Below, one piece after another: positions 17,624 to 30,575 of a stretch of DNA of 64,000 nucleotides (its first letter is position 1; every line of letters starts with the position of its first letter). Location of the stretch: NCBI GenBank assembly GCA_051362555.1, contig CM120647.1, positions 18,700,651 to 18,764,650 of the forward strand. The letters are read 5' to 3'. The notes under the pieces were generated by a model, which was not told the origin of the DNA, did no database searches, and worked only from the letters and a program-made list of their open reading frames with translations. Source of the stretch: Lingula anatina (lineage: Eukaryota; Animalia; Brachiopoda). The position numbers and the translations under genes are program-made.

Positions 17624-20600
17624 TTATATCTTTCTCAGGCAGAAACTGTACAGAGAGAATAACAGTGTGCGACAGTGGACCGTGTCAGAGTAACGGAACA
17701 TGCGTCATAATGTCTGAATCAGAATACACCTGCATTTGTCCCAGTGGCTTCACAGGCAAGAATTGCGAAGTAGACCTCAGCAAACCAAACCCCTGTGATC
17801 CCAGTCCTTGTAGAAACAACGCCACCTGTAGTTCTGTTGGAGAAGCAAACTTCACTTGCTCCTGTCTGAGTGGTTTTACTGGGGAAATTTGTGATGTCGT
17901 AGTCATGCAAAACCCATGCGAGTCTGGTCCATGTGGAAACAATGCCACGTGTAATTTGGTTGAAGAAGGAAATTTCACATGTTTGTGCACAGATTTTTAT
18001 ACTGGGAGATATTGTGAGTTGAGAATTACAAAGGACCCATGTGACTCGAATCCATGTGATAACAACAGCACTTGCGTTTCAAGTACAGGTGATTCCAATT
18101 TCACCTGTATCTGCGCCTCTGGTTTTAGTGGGGAAGCTTGTAGTAATTTCATAAATCCCTGTGATTCACAACCATGCAAAAATAATGCCACTTGTGTTAC
18201 TGACAGTGCAGAAAACTTCAGTTGTGTTTGTGGGGCTTTTCACACAGGAAGGATATGCGATGTTGAGGTTAGTGCCTGCGATTCTCAACCATGTAAAAAT
18301 AATGCTACGTGCATTTCTGATGAAACGGGAAACTTCAGTTGTGTGTGTGCAGGCACATACATAGGACAGACGTGTGATGTAGTCATGCATGCATGCCTAT
18401 CGCAGCCTTGTCATAATAATGGGACCTGTAGACCTAATGGCACTGTGGATTACCACTGCGAATGCCCAGCTTTTTATTCTGGGAGAAACTGTGAATCTCA
18501 ACTCAGTGGCTGCAGCTCTAGTCCTTGTGATAACAACGCCACCTGTGTATCGTTATCAGATGGCAGCTACACATGTGCATGTCCACAGAACTACACGGGG
18601 CCCAATTGTGAAATCCTTCTAGACCCCTGTGGCGAAAACAGGTGCCAAAATAGCGCCACTTGTTCAGCGGTTTCTTCATCGAACTATACCTGTATTTGCA
18701 CCAGTCTCTACACTGGAAAGTATTGTGAGAATCTTGCCACGCCCTGTGCTAGATCGCAGTGTCAGAACAATGCAACTTGCTTGGAGACAGCTGAAGGTGG
18801 TGGTTATACCTGTAGTTGTGTGGAAGGTTATACTGGATTGTACTGCGAGGTCAAAATGTGGTCATGTGACAGTCAGCCATGTTTCAATGGCGCCACCTGC
18901 AGTGAAGATGATGAAGAGCAGACGTACATTTGTTCCTGCCTGCCAGGTAACTGTTAAAAGATGCTTAAGTAAATTGTCTTTACTTGTTAGAATACTTTGT
19001 TACCATAGATAAATAAATAAGCAAAAAGACAATTTAAATAGGGATTTTATGGAAACATTTTGTAAATTGACATTTATAAGTGTATGCCTGGGTTTTAAAA
19101 TGTTTTTATTTTAAATTAAAGGTTTTACTGGCAAACAGTGTCAAAGTGACATCAATGAGTGTGCTTCAGATCCCTGCCCTGATGGTTCAACATGTCAAGA
19201 TGATGTCAATGGCTACAGCTGTGTCTGTCCTACAACTGGTTAGTAGATGTGAAGTGTCAGATTTGTGTCAATTGATGAATGAGTGAGTTAAAAAAATGAT
19301 AGTTTGATGTCATTTAAGTAATATGTTTTTTTTGGCGTCATTTAAGTGATAAGTATTTTTCTTGTCACCTGCCAAGTGATAGGTATTAAAATTGTCATGA
19401 TAATGTCAAACTGTCAAGTGTCCTGTGACAAATGACAATCAATAGTGTCATATGACTAATACTTATAGTACAAGTTGCAACTAAAATAATCTACATATGC
19501 CTGGTGCCTGTAAAATCGAGACAGTGTTTGAGTCAGAATGTATTAATTTATCAGTTACTGGCCACTGTTTCTGTTTTGTGCTGTAACATTCTGAGACCCT
19601 GAAGGTGCTCTAAAGTTTCTTGGGCACAGACTCCTTAGTAAACAAATTTCCTCTGCACCAGCATCTCAATGCGTGTTTTTAAATCCTCGTAAACTCCATA
19701 CATTGGTTCCAAATAGCAGCAGTATGCACAACACGAGTAGCATGCAATGCACGTGCCTTCGCTGTGCATGATTCTTAAAAAAGTCTGATGTAGCGGCTCC
19801 TTGTAGCTTTGAATGGCCAGGTGTACAGAGTCTCTGATGTGATGGTTTTCCTCGTGGTATATTTTGATGTCGACGTCCATGCGCTCCGTTTCTGCCAGGA
19901 CAACGTTTTTGCGCATGTCTGAATGTGCGAGAAAAAAATTAAAGCTTTTGATAGGCGTTGTGATGTTTGGGATTCAACTCATTTGGTACTACTACTTATA
20001 AGCTTATTTGTCTTGCTATATTGCTGACCGAGTTTGAATCATAGTTTTCTAAGAGTTACTACTTTTTTGTTCAAGGGAAATTTGGTTGTCAGTGATAAAA
20101 AGTAGTATTATATCATTTTGTCCAATTTTTAGTCCAATTTTTTTTATATTTGATTCCAAAGTAAACATTTTGAAGTATTTTTCAATTTAATCACTTTTAT
20201 CTAGATAAGTTCATAATACTATACCTGTGTATTTCTGCATCAGCTCTGCTTCCTTCTTTGCTTGTGCCTTTCGCTTTCTAGCGCTGTCTGCAAACGCTTT
20301 TGTCAGATTCACCAGCCTCTCTCTCTTCTCGGGAGGCGTCTCTTCTTGAACTGCTTCAGCCTCCATCTTTTTCCTCAAATCCTCCAGATGGAGCCAGCAT
20401 TCTTGTATAATTCTCTGAAGCTGCTTAAATCCTTCCTTGTTGGATTTTGCATTCTTGCAAACAGACTGATAGTCTGAGCCGAGTTTGTAGACAATTTTTT
20501 TGTGCTCTTCATAGACAGATTTTGCTTTTTCCCACTCAATGTATTTCTTAACTGCAGCTTCTTCTGTTTTACCCATAGCTTAACCTAGAGGTAAATACAT

Positions 20601-23600
20601 GATTAAATAGCAAAAGACCTTTATAGATTTCAAAATATTCACTGCTTGTAACAGTACAAATTAGAAACACGTAAAACTCAAAATGTGATAATATCATTAC
20701 AATTTTTCCTTATGGTTTTGGATAGGGAATAAAATGGTGATAAAAGAAAAATCCATAACTGAAATTAACAGGATTGTGCACCTTTACTATAATATACATT
20801 CTATGCCTTTAATATTCATGAAGGGATTTGTTTATGAAAGTATATCACATATTTTGAAATCCTTTCTAAAAATGTTTGTTCATGAACTAGCAAATTAAGT
20901 TTTTAAAAAATCTTTTATTATGAATGATATGAACTGTCTTCTAATAAAAGCTTTGCTAAAAACTACCCCTCTTCTTTACATCATCTATCTAGGGAATAAG
21001 GCTCTCTTAAAATTATCCCTCTATCTTGTATCATCTGTCTATTACAAAAGGAAAGTACTCTTTAAGTAAAAATGTGCCTCTTTCAGTAAATGTACTAGTT
21101 GAGTAAAAGTTATTATTATTGGTCATACTTACAAAAATTATTACATTGTCTATCAAAATATATGATACTAGTATTGGCTGTTAAGGTACTACTCACTTTC
21201 GCCAGTCTAAAGATGCATATATTTCCCTTTTCCTCTTCTTTGTTTTAAAGTGTATTTTTTTTTGAAAATCGTCCTTACTGTTTACTCCTTTTTCTGACTA
21301 TGTCTGAGAAAACAACTGGTCTGAGTACCAAATCCAACAGTGCAGGTCAGTTTTCTTGTATTTAGGTCTAACATCACAGCATGCTAGGTTAAGTCTGTAT
21401 TCTCCCTCAGATTATCTGCTTGTTGGGTGCTATAAAAAGTGGGATAAATGACAAAATGCACCTTAATATATATAATTTGCATTAATTTCCAATTACTGAG
21501 TGTACACACACTAAATAACAGTTGAAGTGAAATCTAAAATCTAAAGCTCTTTTTAAAATGGTTTTATATTTGTGAGTCAATGATAAATGGATTTAGAACT
21601 TTTTTGTGTGCTCTCATCTGTGAGTAATGTAATGGGATATTAATTTATCAGTGAAAGGATGTTTGAAATATTTGGAAATTTAAAGCAAAATTATAAAAAC
21701 ACTCAGTTTTTATTAAGCATATCATTTGAGTGATGATAAAGCTTATCACTTTCTTTGGAACATTTTTAATTTCCAAAACTGTTTATGTTTTGCTCTTGCC
21801 TTTTTTATAAGAATTTACATAGACTAAAGATTCATTTATAATATTGTAATATAGTGACAATATTTGAAGACATGTAGTTATTAATAAATATCTCTATAAA
21901 CAGATCTAAAAGTGGATGTTATAAATAATTGACTGTCTGAATGAGTGACCACAGTCAAGTGAGTGATTTTAATCTGTTAAAACTGACTACTGATTGACTG
22001 AACTACTGTTACACTTATTCTTTGCATATCAGAATGAACAAGCCAATCAATATTCTCTCTCTCTCTCTCTTTCTGGGTGTGTGTTTGCTTGTGTGTTATT
22101 AAAACACTTCTGAAAATAAAGGAAAAGATAAATCTTTAACTTATATAAAAACATGTACTTACCATTTCATAGCTGTCTTTATGTATAAAGACTCCGTAGT
22201 TCGAAAGAGTTAAAAACAAATAAAGATGAAAGAAAATGGTCTGTTGTATCCCCAGTTTGAGCTCCCTTTTACAGCCCTGAAATCAACCTTCATCTCCAAA
22301 CCACTCTGTATAATACCTTCTGAATAACAGATTTATGTAAGCAAGTGGAAAGCCAGAATGGACGGCATTTGAAATCAATGTGGATCAGGTTGTATACTAG
22401 TATGTATGCGTGGGAGATTGTGTGGAGTAGAAGTGCCAGGGAAGAAGGGGGAGGAGGGGGGGGGGAGGGTGGTTACCTGAACCTTTGACTAGAAGAACCA
22501 AATTCACCACTTAGACATCTTTTTTTTTTTTTTTGTTAAAGTAATTCATTATAAACTGCATGAAAAAGTCTACATTTTATCAAAGAAACAAACCCCTTAC
22601 AGAAGTTGGCTGGAATTGGGTTAAAATAATTCTCCCATACCCCCTTTGGATGTTTAAGGTAAGGAGTTTACTATTAAATGAAGAATCTGAACCGTGGCAA
22701 AGAAATCTATTATAATGGTATCAGTACAATCATGAGAATCCCATATGAAGAATCTCTAACAATGAATAAGTCCATCGAAGCATGCCACAATTGACTGGTA
22801 TATTTGTATAGAAGGCTTGGTGACACAGATGACACTTATTTCACCTGAAAGGGGTTAGTGAGTGGAATGTCATATGAAGCAATGTATTCAAGTCAAAAGG
22901 TTGCCTCTGTATAGCTTTTGCATTAAACATCTCTGAGATGGCCATGGACTATTTGAAATCCATCTTGGATAAATTTCAGGGCCAGATTGAGGCTGTCTTC
23001 TGGGTCTTCCAATTTTACTGTCAGTTTTACATTGATGGGTGTCTGATTTTTTCTGTCAGAAGACTGTCAAAATTTGAGAATGGATCAACAAATATAATTT
23101 GAAAGACTGTCAGAAAAAATAGCTCTGTATCCTCCCCCGAATTTGACTATTCTGTGAAACATTTTGGTCATGAACCAGTTCAGGTTAAAAACTCAGTTTA
23201 AGACTGCTTTTTTCTCCACAAAAGTTGTGTATTTAAAAGGAATGCAATTTCAGAAATCTGTAATTTATTCTTCATGTCTTGATTATCACACTCTACTTTT
23301 TCTCTTCCTATTTACTCTCTTCCCTCTGTTTTTCGGTCTTTCCTTCCTGAAAACTGTTTTTTTTCTTCTGTTCTTCACCCACCCATCTCCTTCTTTTTCT
23401 TCCTCCCTCTCCCCCTTCCTCTCTCCCTCTCCTCTCTTTCTTCATTCCTTTCTTCCCCTCCTCCTAAGCTCCTTCCTTCCCTCCCTCCCATCTGCTGTGC
23501 TTAGCCACTCATTTAAGTTTTATATTGTCACAGTCCACAATAAGCTATTCAGTTGTTTATAATACATTTATTGTAGTAACATTTTATTTTCATCAGATGT

Positions 23601-26600
23601 TCTGTCACCAGGCCCATAGCCAGCAACTTCAAAAGGGGGTTCTTTAATTTTTTTCCAAATAAGTAGACCTTTTACAATGAAACTTTTGTGTACCTAGATA
23701 AAATTTTACCAAGAATGGACCTTTCTCTGACAAAAAGGGCGACTCTTTTGAACCTCCTAACCCCACCTGGCTATGGACCCGAAGTTATTCAGTTGTTAAT
23801 ACATTTATTGTAGTAATATTTTATTTTCATAACTTAGATGATCATTCACTCATAATTCTGCCTAGAATCTACTTGCTTACCACTGTTTGTATTTGTAGAA
23901 TACACCTACACCAAACTGGTAGACACCAGTGGCAGAGAGTTTATGTTGATGTTTATGGAGAACAGAATTGAGCAGCCAAAGTACATGCTCCTAGAAGTCT
24001 TTGTAACCCCAAGTCGTGAAGACATCATCAACGCCACTGTCCGCCTCCAGCAAAAACTGCTACCAGATGTCCCCGCAGTCACTGTGACAGTCAGCAGCGG
24101 TGAGATGAGAGCGCTGACTGTTCCAGTGGACCTCAGGATGGCTGGGACAAATTTCGAAAGATCTGGGATAAGGATCACGTCCGATGAAGACATTTTAGTG
24201 TATGCCGTGAACAAGGACGAGTTTTCTACTGATAGTTTTCTGTGTCTCCCTGTTCATACTTTGGGAACGGAATATTACACTGTGTCTTATGCTCCACCCA
24301 CTTATAATACACAGTTTGGTATCGCAGCTGTGGATAATAACACTAACGTCAGTATCAAATTTCCAGAGAACAGTGATCCCCCAATTGATGTCCATTATTT
24401 TTCGGCACTCTACAGAGACGGAGATGTCCTTAATTTGACTCTGAATCAATTTGACGCTGTGCAAATTCAAAGTGATGGGTTTGCAGATTTAACAGGGACG
24501 TACATTACATCAAGCAAGCCAGTGGCCGTGTTTAGTGGAAATGTTCGAACAAATGTCGGCTCTGGGATATCTCGCGACCATCTTGCTGAGCAAATCCCGC
24601 CTGTTGCATCATGGGGCAGGGAATTCGCCATTCTCCCCATTCCGCAAAGAACTACAGGTGATGTGATTCGTATTATCGCAAGTGTTGCGGCTACTACCAT
24701 TCGTGTTGAAAATCAAAGCACAACTGTCAACAGGGAGATCCAAAACCCAGGGGAATTATGGGAAATGACCTTGCCGTCTACATCGTACACCCACATCAGT
24801 GCGAGCCACCCGGTCATGGTGGTCCAGATTGTGTATAGCCAAGTCAGTACCCAAACTAATGAACTGGCTGACCCCAGCATGATCCTAGTGCCCCCTATTG
24901 AGAATTATGGGAATGATTTTCATTTTGTCCTTCCTGCAGCTTCAGAAGGTGCTGTTGCCTACACCCACTACTTTTTGATAGTGGTGGATACAGATTCGAG
25001 GAGTGGACTGCTACTGGATGGAAGAAATCTGAGTGAAATTTATAACAATTTGATTTGGCACAACATAACAGGTAAGGGGAATTGTTCAGAGAGCGCTTCA
25101 TCATGTCTTATAACATCAGGAAAAGTACGTCTTACGTATCCTGAAAGTAGTCAAAGAAGTCAAGCAATGACTCCATGTTACTGAATTGTAGAGCAGAACC
25201 TGGGTTTAATCTGAAAAATTTTGAAGGTAGTTGTTTTGAAGAAGTAATGAAATAAATACCACTCTTTGAAAAAAAAAAAAGCTTATTTAAAAGTCTAATA
25301 AACTAAGATTTTTCAAATGACTTTAGTTTATTTCTGTACTGGTACATCTATTTGCATTTCAGCAGTGTACAATTTCAATAAAAAAGGTGTTAATTAGGAA
25401 TGTAATACTAGCTGATCGGCATTTCAAATATAATATGCTGTATTTTTATCATGATTTAGGAACCACCTATGTTGGAACATACTTTGTTCTTGGAACAGCC
25501 TCAGAACTGAGTAGTCATGTGATCCACCACACGGACAGTGCTGCCACCTTCATGGGGATTTTGTACGGAGCTGGCGATAGAGAAAGTTATGGGCTGCCTG
25601 TTGGAATGAGACTACGAGAACGGACAACAGCGGTAGACACTATACTTTATTTTTATTTTGTTAATAATGCTTTTTTTAAAATAAATTTTAAGTTGAGCCA
25701 GCAGTGAAAGAGTATATTATCAGTTAACTAAATATGAAACTTAATGTTATGTAAGTGTAATGATATACATCCAACTTTTTTAATTGAATTGATAAAACAT
25801 AGGAATGTAAATGGGGCAGTGTTGCAATTTTAGGATATCAAAGATCTCAAGGAAAATTATTAAAATCAGACCTAGTCAGCGGCTGCTTGACGCCAGATCC
25901 TTTAGCTTTCTTATGGCTTTTAAGTGCATTTAAAGAACTGCTAAAATTACTAAGAATTTTTTCATGGAAACATGACGTCAACCTTTTGGTAATTTCATGA
26001 GTTCTTTTTTTTTTTTTAAGAACTGCACCCTTCCAGAAGACGTCTGCCTCTCTCTTCCCTGCATGAACAGCGCCACCTGCATCCAGCATCCAAGATACAA
26101 CAACTTCACCTGTAGCTGTGCTGTGGGTTACACAGGCAGGCTGTGTGAGACAGATATTGATGACTGTGCCCAGCATGGTTGTCATGGTAACAGCACTTGC
26201 ATGGATATGATTGGTGGATATGTGTGTGTTTGTCCCACAGGTGAGAACTTGACTAATTTTGTTGCTGTTTTTGACTTAGTTGATTTGTTAGTTGATCTCC
26301 TAACTCAAAAAGTTAAAGACAGATTTTCAGTGTAGGCCAGATATGGGCCAACATCTGCTGACTTAAGATGGCTGACCCCATTTAAAAGCAAGCCGCTTAA
26401 TTCCCTGATGGTCTCCCTGAGTATATCTCAGGGAATATCTCGGCTCCGAGAGGCAGGGAGACCATCAGGGTTAAATGGCATTGCTTTAGTTTTTCAATCC
26501 CATATTACAATTTTAGGATTTACTGGAGTTTTCTGCAACATCCCTCTTCCTCTGTGTTCAAGCGAGCCTTGTCAAAATAATGCCACATGTCAGCAACAAG

Positions 26601-27179
26601 ATGGAAATTACACTTGCGTCTGTGTCCCAGGTTAGTATAATGATGGTGCTCTGTGTCCCAGGTTAGTATAATGATGGTGCTCTGTGTCCCAGGTTAGTAT
26701 AATGATGGTGCTCTGTGTCCCAGGTTAGTATAATGATGGTGCTCTGTGTCACTGATGAGTAGAAAACAAGTGTCTGTTACAAACCATTAAAGATGTGTTA
26801 TGTGGTGGTTTAACAATTGTGCATAAGGTAAGCTTTGGACTTAAGGTGGTATTTACATTGCAAATTTATTATGATCATATTTTTTGCATACAGTCTTGGA
26901 TTCTTGTAGGTTGGTAATTTAAGGAAGGTGTTGAAATTTCCAGGAAAAAGGATTTAAAATACAAGCATGCATCTTTAATATTTTAATATTTAAAATTTTA
27001 TAGTTAAAACTATTTTAGTTGAGTTGTTCAAAGAAATGTTTTGTATATGTTTGTGTTTTTTAGGCTACAGAGGAAGACATTGTGAAACAAACATCAATGA
27101 CTGCAATCCTGATCCATGTTTGAATGGAGCCCTTTGTGTAGACCTTGTGGCTGGTTACCAGTGCTATTGTGTGGATGGT

Positions 27180-27237
<58 letters not shown>

Positions 27238-30200
27238 AAGATCTCTCTGATGTGATGTTTTGACAAGTGTTAATGCATTGTAAGTTAATGGCTAGATCTC
27301 AGGTTTTTTTGCTTATCATAGTTGGTGTTTATATTTTGAAACTATCTAAAAAGGAAAATTGACAGTTTTTTTTTATGTCATAATATATTTTATATCAACA
27401 GCTTCTTGCAGAATTCAGCAATTAAACAAAAAAATGTGAAGTTGAAAGTACCAACGTTCAGCTTGCCTTCTATCTTCCCCGTGGGTTTCATCTTGTTTAT
27501 ATCTACTTTAATTTTGTTACTGATAGACTAGCATATGTGCTTCTTGTGTAAAAAAATATTTCTTATAATTTATTATTATATAATTTACTTTCTCCAGGTT
27601 ATACTGGGGATAACTGCTCCATCAACTTCAACGACTGCGACAGCAGACCTTGTCGTAACAATGCTTCATGCATCGATGGTGTCGCAAACTACACGTGTGC
27701 ATGTGCACCAGGGTATTCTGGCTTAGACTGTGAGGTCAACCTTGATCCATGCTTGTTAACGCCGTGCAGGAACAATGCCACATGCCTCAGTGATTTCGTA
27801 ACTTTGAATTACACATGTGCATGTTCATTAGGCTACGAAGGTGAACAGTGTCAGAGGGAGACAAATGAATGCGAAACATTAAATGTAACATGTCAACATG
27901 GTGGCACATGCGTGGACAGATTTAACAACTTCACGTGTGCATGTGCAGAAGGCTACTTGGGGCGGTATTGCGAGGTAAATGTTGATGATTGTGTGGCCAA
28001 TCTTTGCGCTTATAACAGCACATGCGTTGATGGCTTGAATGCATACACGTGTTCGTGTTCACCTGGATTTACAGGTGTGTATTGTAATAACTCCCTAACG
28101 TGTGATCCTAACCCGTGCAACCAAGGAACATGCATGACAACGGCCAGTGGTTACAGCTGTACATGCCCTGAAGATGGTCCTCGTTATGATGAAGATTGTA
28201 ATATTGTTGATCCTTGCTCCTCTGCTCCTTGTCTGCTCAACTCAACGTGTGTATCCATCTTGGAAAACGGGACATTCCAATGTCGCTGTCTTCCAGGCTA
28301 CGGTGGCTCCCTCTGTGAGAAAGATATAAATGAGTGCCTCTTGTACAACGTCACCTGCAAAAATGGCGGAACTTGTCTGGATGCTGTGAATAATTTTACA
28401 TGCGCCTGTCCAGTTGGATTTATGGGAGTTTACTGCGAAGTTGTCACTGATAATTGCGATGGTAACAATTGCAGTAACAATGCAAGTTGTGTCAATGACA
28501 GCAGTGGATACACTTGTCGGTGTTTGAGTGGATTCACCGGACAATACTGTGAAACCATTATTGACAATTGCAGTAACAACAGCTGCAGCAATAATGCCAC
28601 ATGCATCAATGACGTCACTGGATATTACTGTCAGTGCGTTGCAGGATTCACAGGATCCTTCTGTGAAACAAACATTAATGATTGCAGTCAAAACAATTGT
28701 AGCAATAATGCAACTTGTATCGATGGCATCCAATCATATAATTGTCACTGTACTTCTGGATTTACTGGTAAATTTTGTGAAACAATCACTGATGTTTGCA
28801 GTATCAACAACTGCAGCAATAATGCAACATGCATTGTTGCTGACAATGGATATTATTGTCAGTGTTCAGATGGATACACGGGGGAGTTTTGTGAGACTAA
28901 CATCGATGACTGCAGTAAGAACAACTGCAGCAATAATGCAACGTGCATTGTTGCTGACAATGGATATTATTGTCAGTGTTCAGATGGATACACGGGGGAG
29001 TTTTGTGAGATTAACATCGATGACTGCAGTAAGAACAACTGCAGCAATAATGCAACATGCATTGTTGCTGACAATGGATATTATTGTCAGTGTTCAGATG
29101 GATACACGGGGGAGTTTTGTGAGACTAACATAGATGACTGCAATAACAACAATTGCAGCAATAATGCTACATGTATTGATGATGTCAGTGGCTACCACTG
29201 TCAGTGTGTGAGTGGTTTTACTGGTGACTTTTGTGAGTTAAACGTTAATGATTGCAATAACAACAATTGCAGCAATGGTGCAACTTGTGTCGATGGTATT
29301 GATTCATATCATTGTCAGTGTGCTCTGGGATTTACAGGTGGATTTTGTGAACATAACATTGACGACTGCAGTAACAACAGTTGCAGCAATAATGCTACAT
29401 GTATCGATGGCATTGGTTCATACACATGTCTGTGCATGAGTGGATTCACAGGAACATTTTGTGAGAGTAACATCAATCACTGCAGTAGCAACAACTGCAC
29501 CAACAATGCAACATGTATCAACAATGTCAGTTCATACAGTTGCCAATGTGTTGATGGTTTCACTGGAGAGTTTTGTGAAACCAACATTGATGACTGCAGC
29601 AGCAACAGTTGCACCAACAATGCTACCTGTATCGACAATGTGAATTCTTACAGTTGCCAATGTGTTGATGGTTTCACTGGAGAATTTTGTGAAACCAACA
29701 TTGATGACTGCAGCAGTAACAGTTGCACCAACAATGCTACCTGTATCGACAATGTAAATTCATACAGTTGCCAATGTGTTGATGGTTTCACTGGAGAGTT
29801 TTGTGAAACTAACATTGATGACTGCAGCAGCAACAGTTGCACCAACAATGCCACCTGTATCGACAATGTAAATTCATACAGTTGCCAATGTGTTGATGGT
29901 TTTACTGGAGAGTTTTGTGAAATTAACATCAATGACTGCAGTGATAACAGTTGTCTTAACGGAGCCACTTGTGTGGATGGTTTGAATGGTTATAGTTGTG
30001 TGTGCCCTCCTACTTACTCTGGCCCTTTCTGTGAGGTAAGTGAAAGCTTTTGCTGGTATTATAACTTTGAGCCAAATGCTAAAGAAAGTTTTAATTTTGC
30101 TGTGGAAAAAGTGAAGAATTTTACTGTGTTTTGCCTTTAGTTTTCATTGTTTAGATTTGGATTTGAGTTGGCTAGATTTATTTGATTGAATTATTAATGG

Positions 30201-30526
30201 TCATCATATTTTGATTGAAAATTTTCATAACAGGATTTGATATAAACTGTATATACTTCTAAGAAGACAGGACTATTGTGGAAGTATCCATTTTTTATAG
30301 GAATAAATTTTTTTTATGTCAGAAATTATATTTAATTTAGCTGATAAAAGATGAAGACACTTTTTTAAAGAAAAGTGTTACACTTTCAGCTGCACTAAGT
30401 ATCACTTAGTTTTGGCAATATTTGTTGGTATGATTGAAAATTTTTGAATTTTGTCTTAAAATATTGGTACAAGTACTTTAGAAAACTATGGATAATTGTG
30501 GACCACAATTTCAATAACTTCTCCTT

Positions 30527-30575
<49 letters not shown>

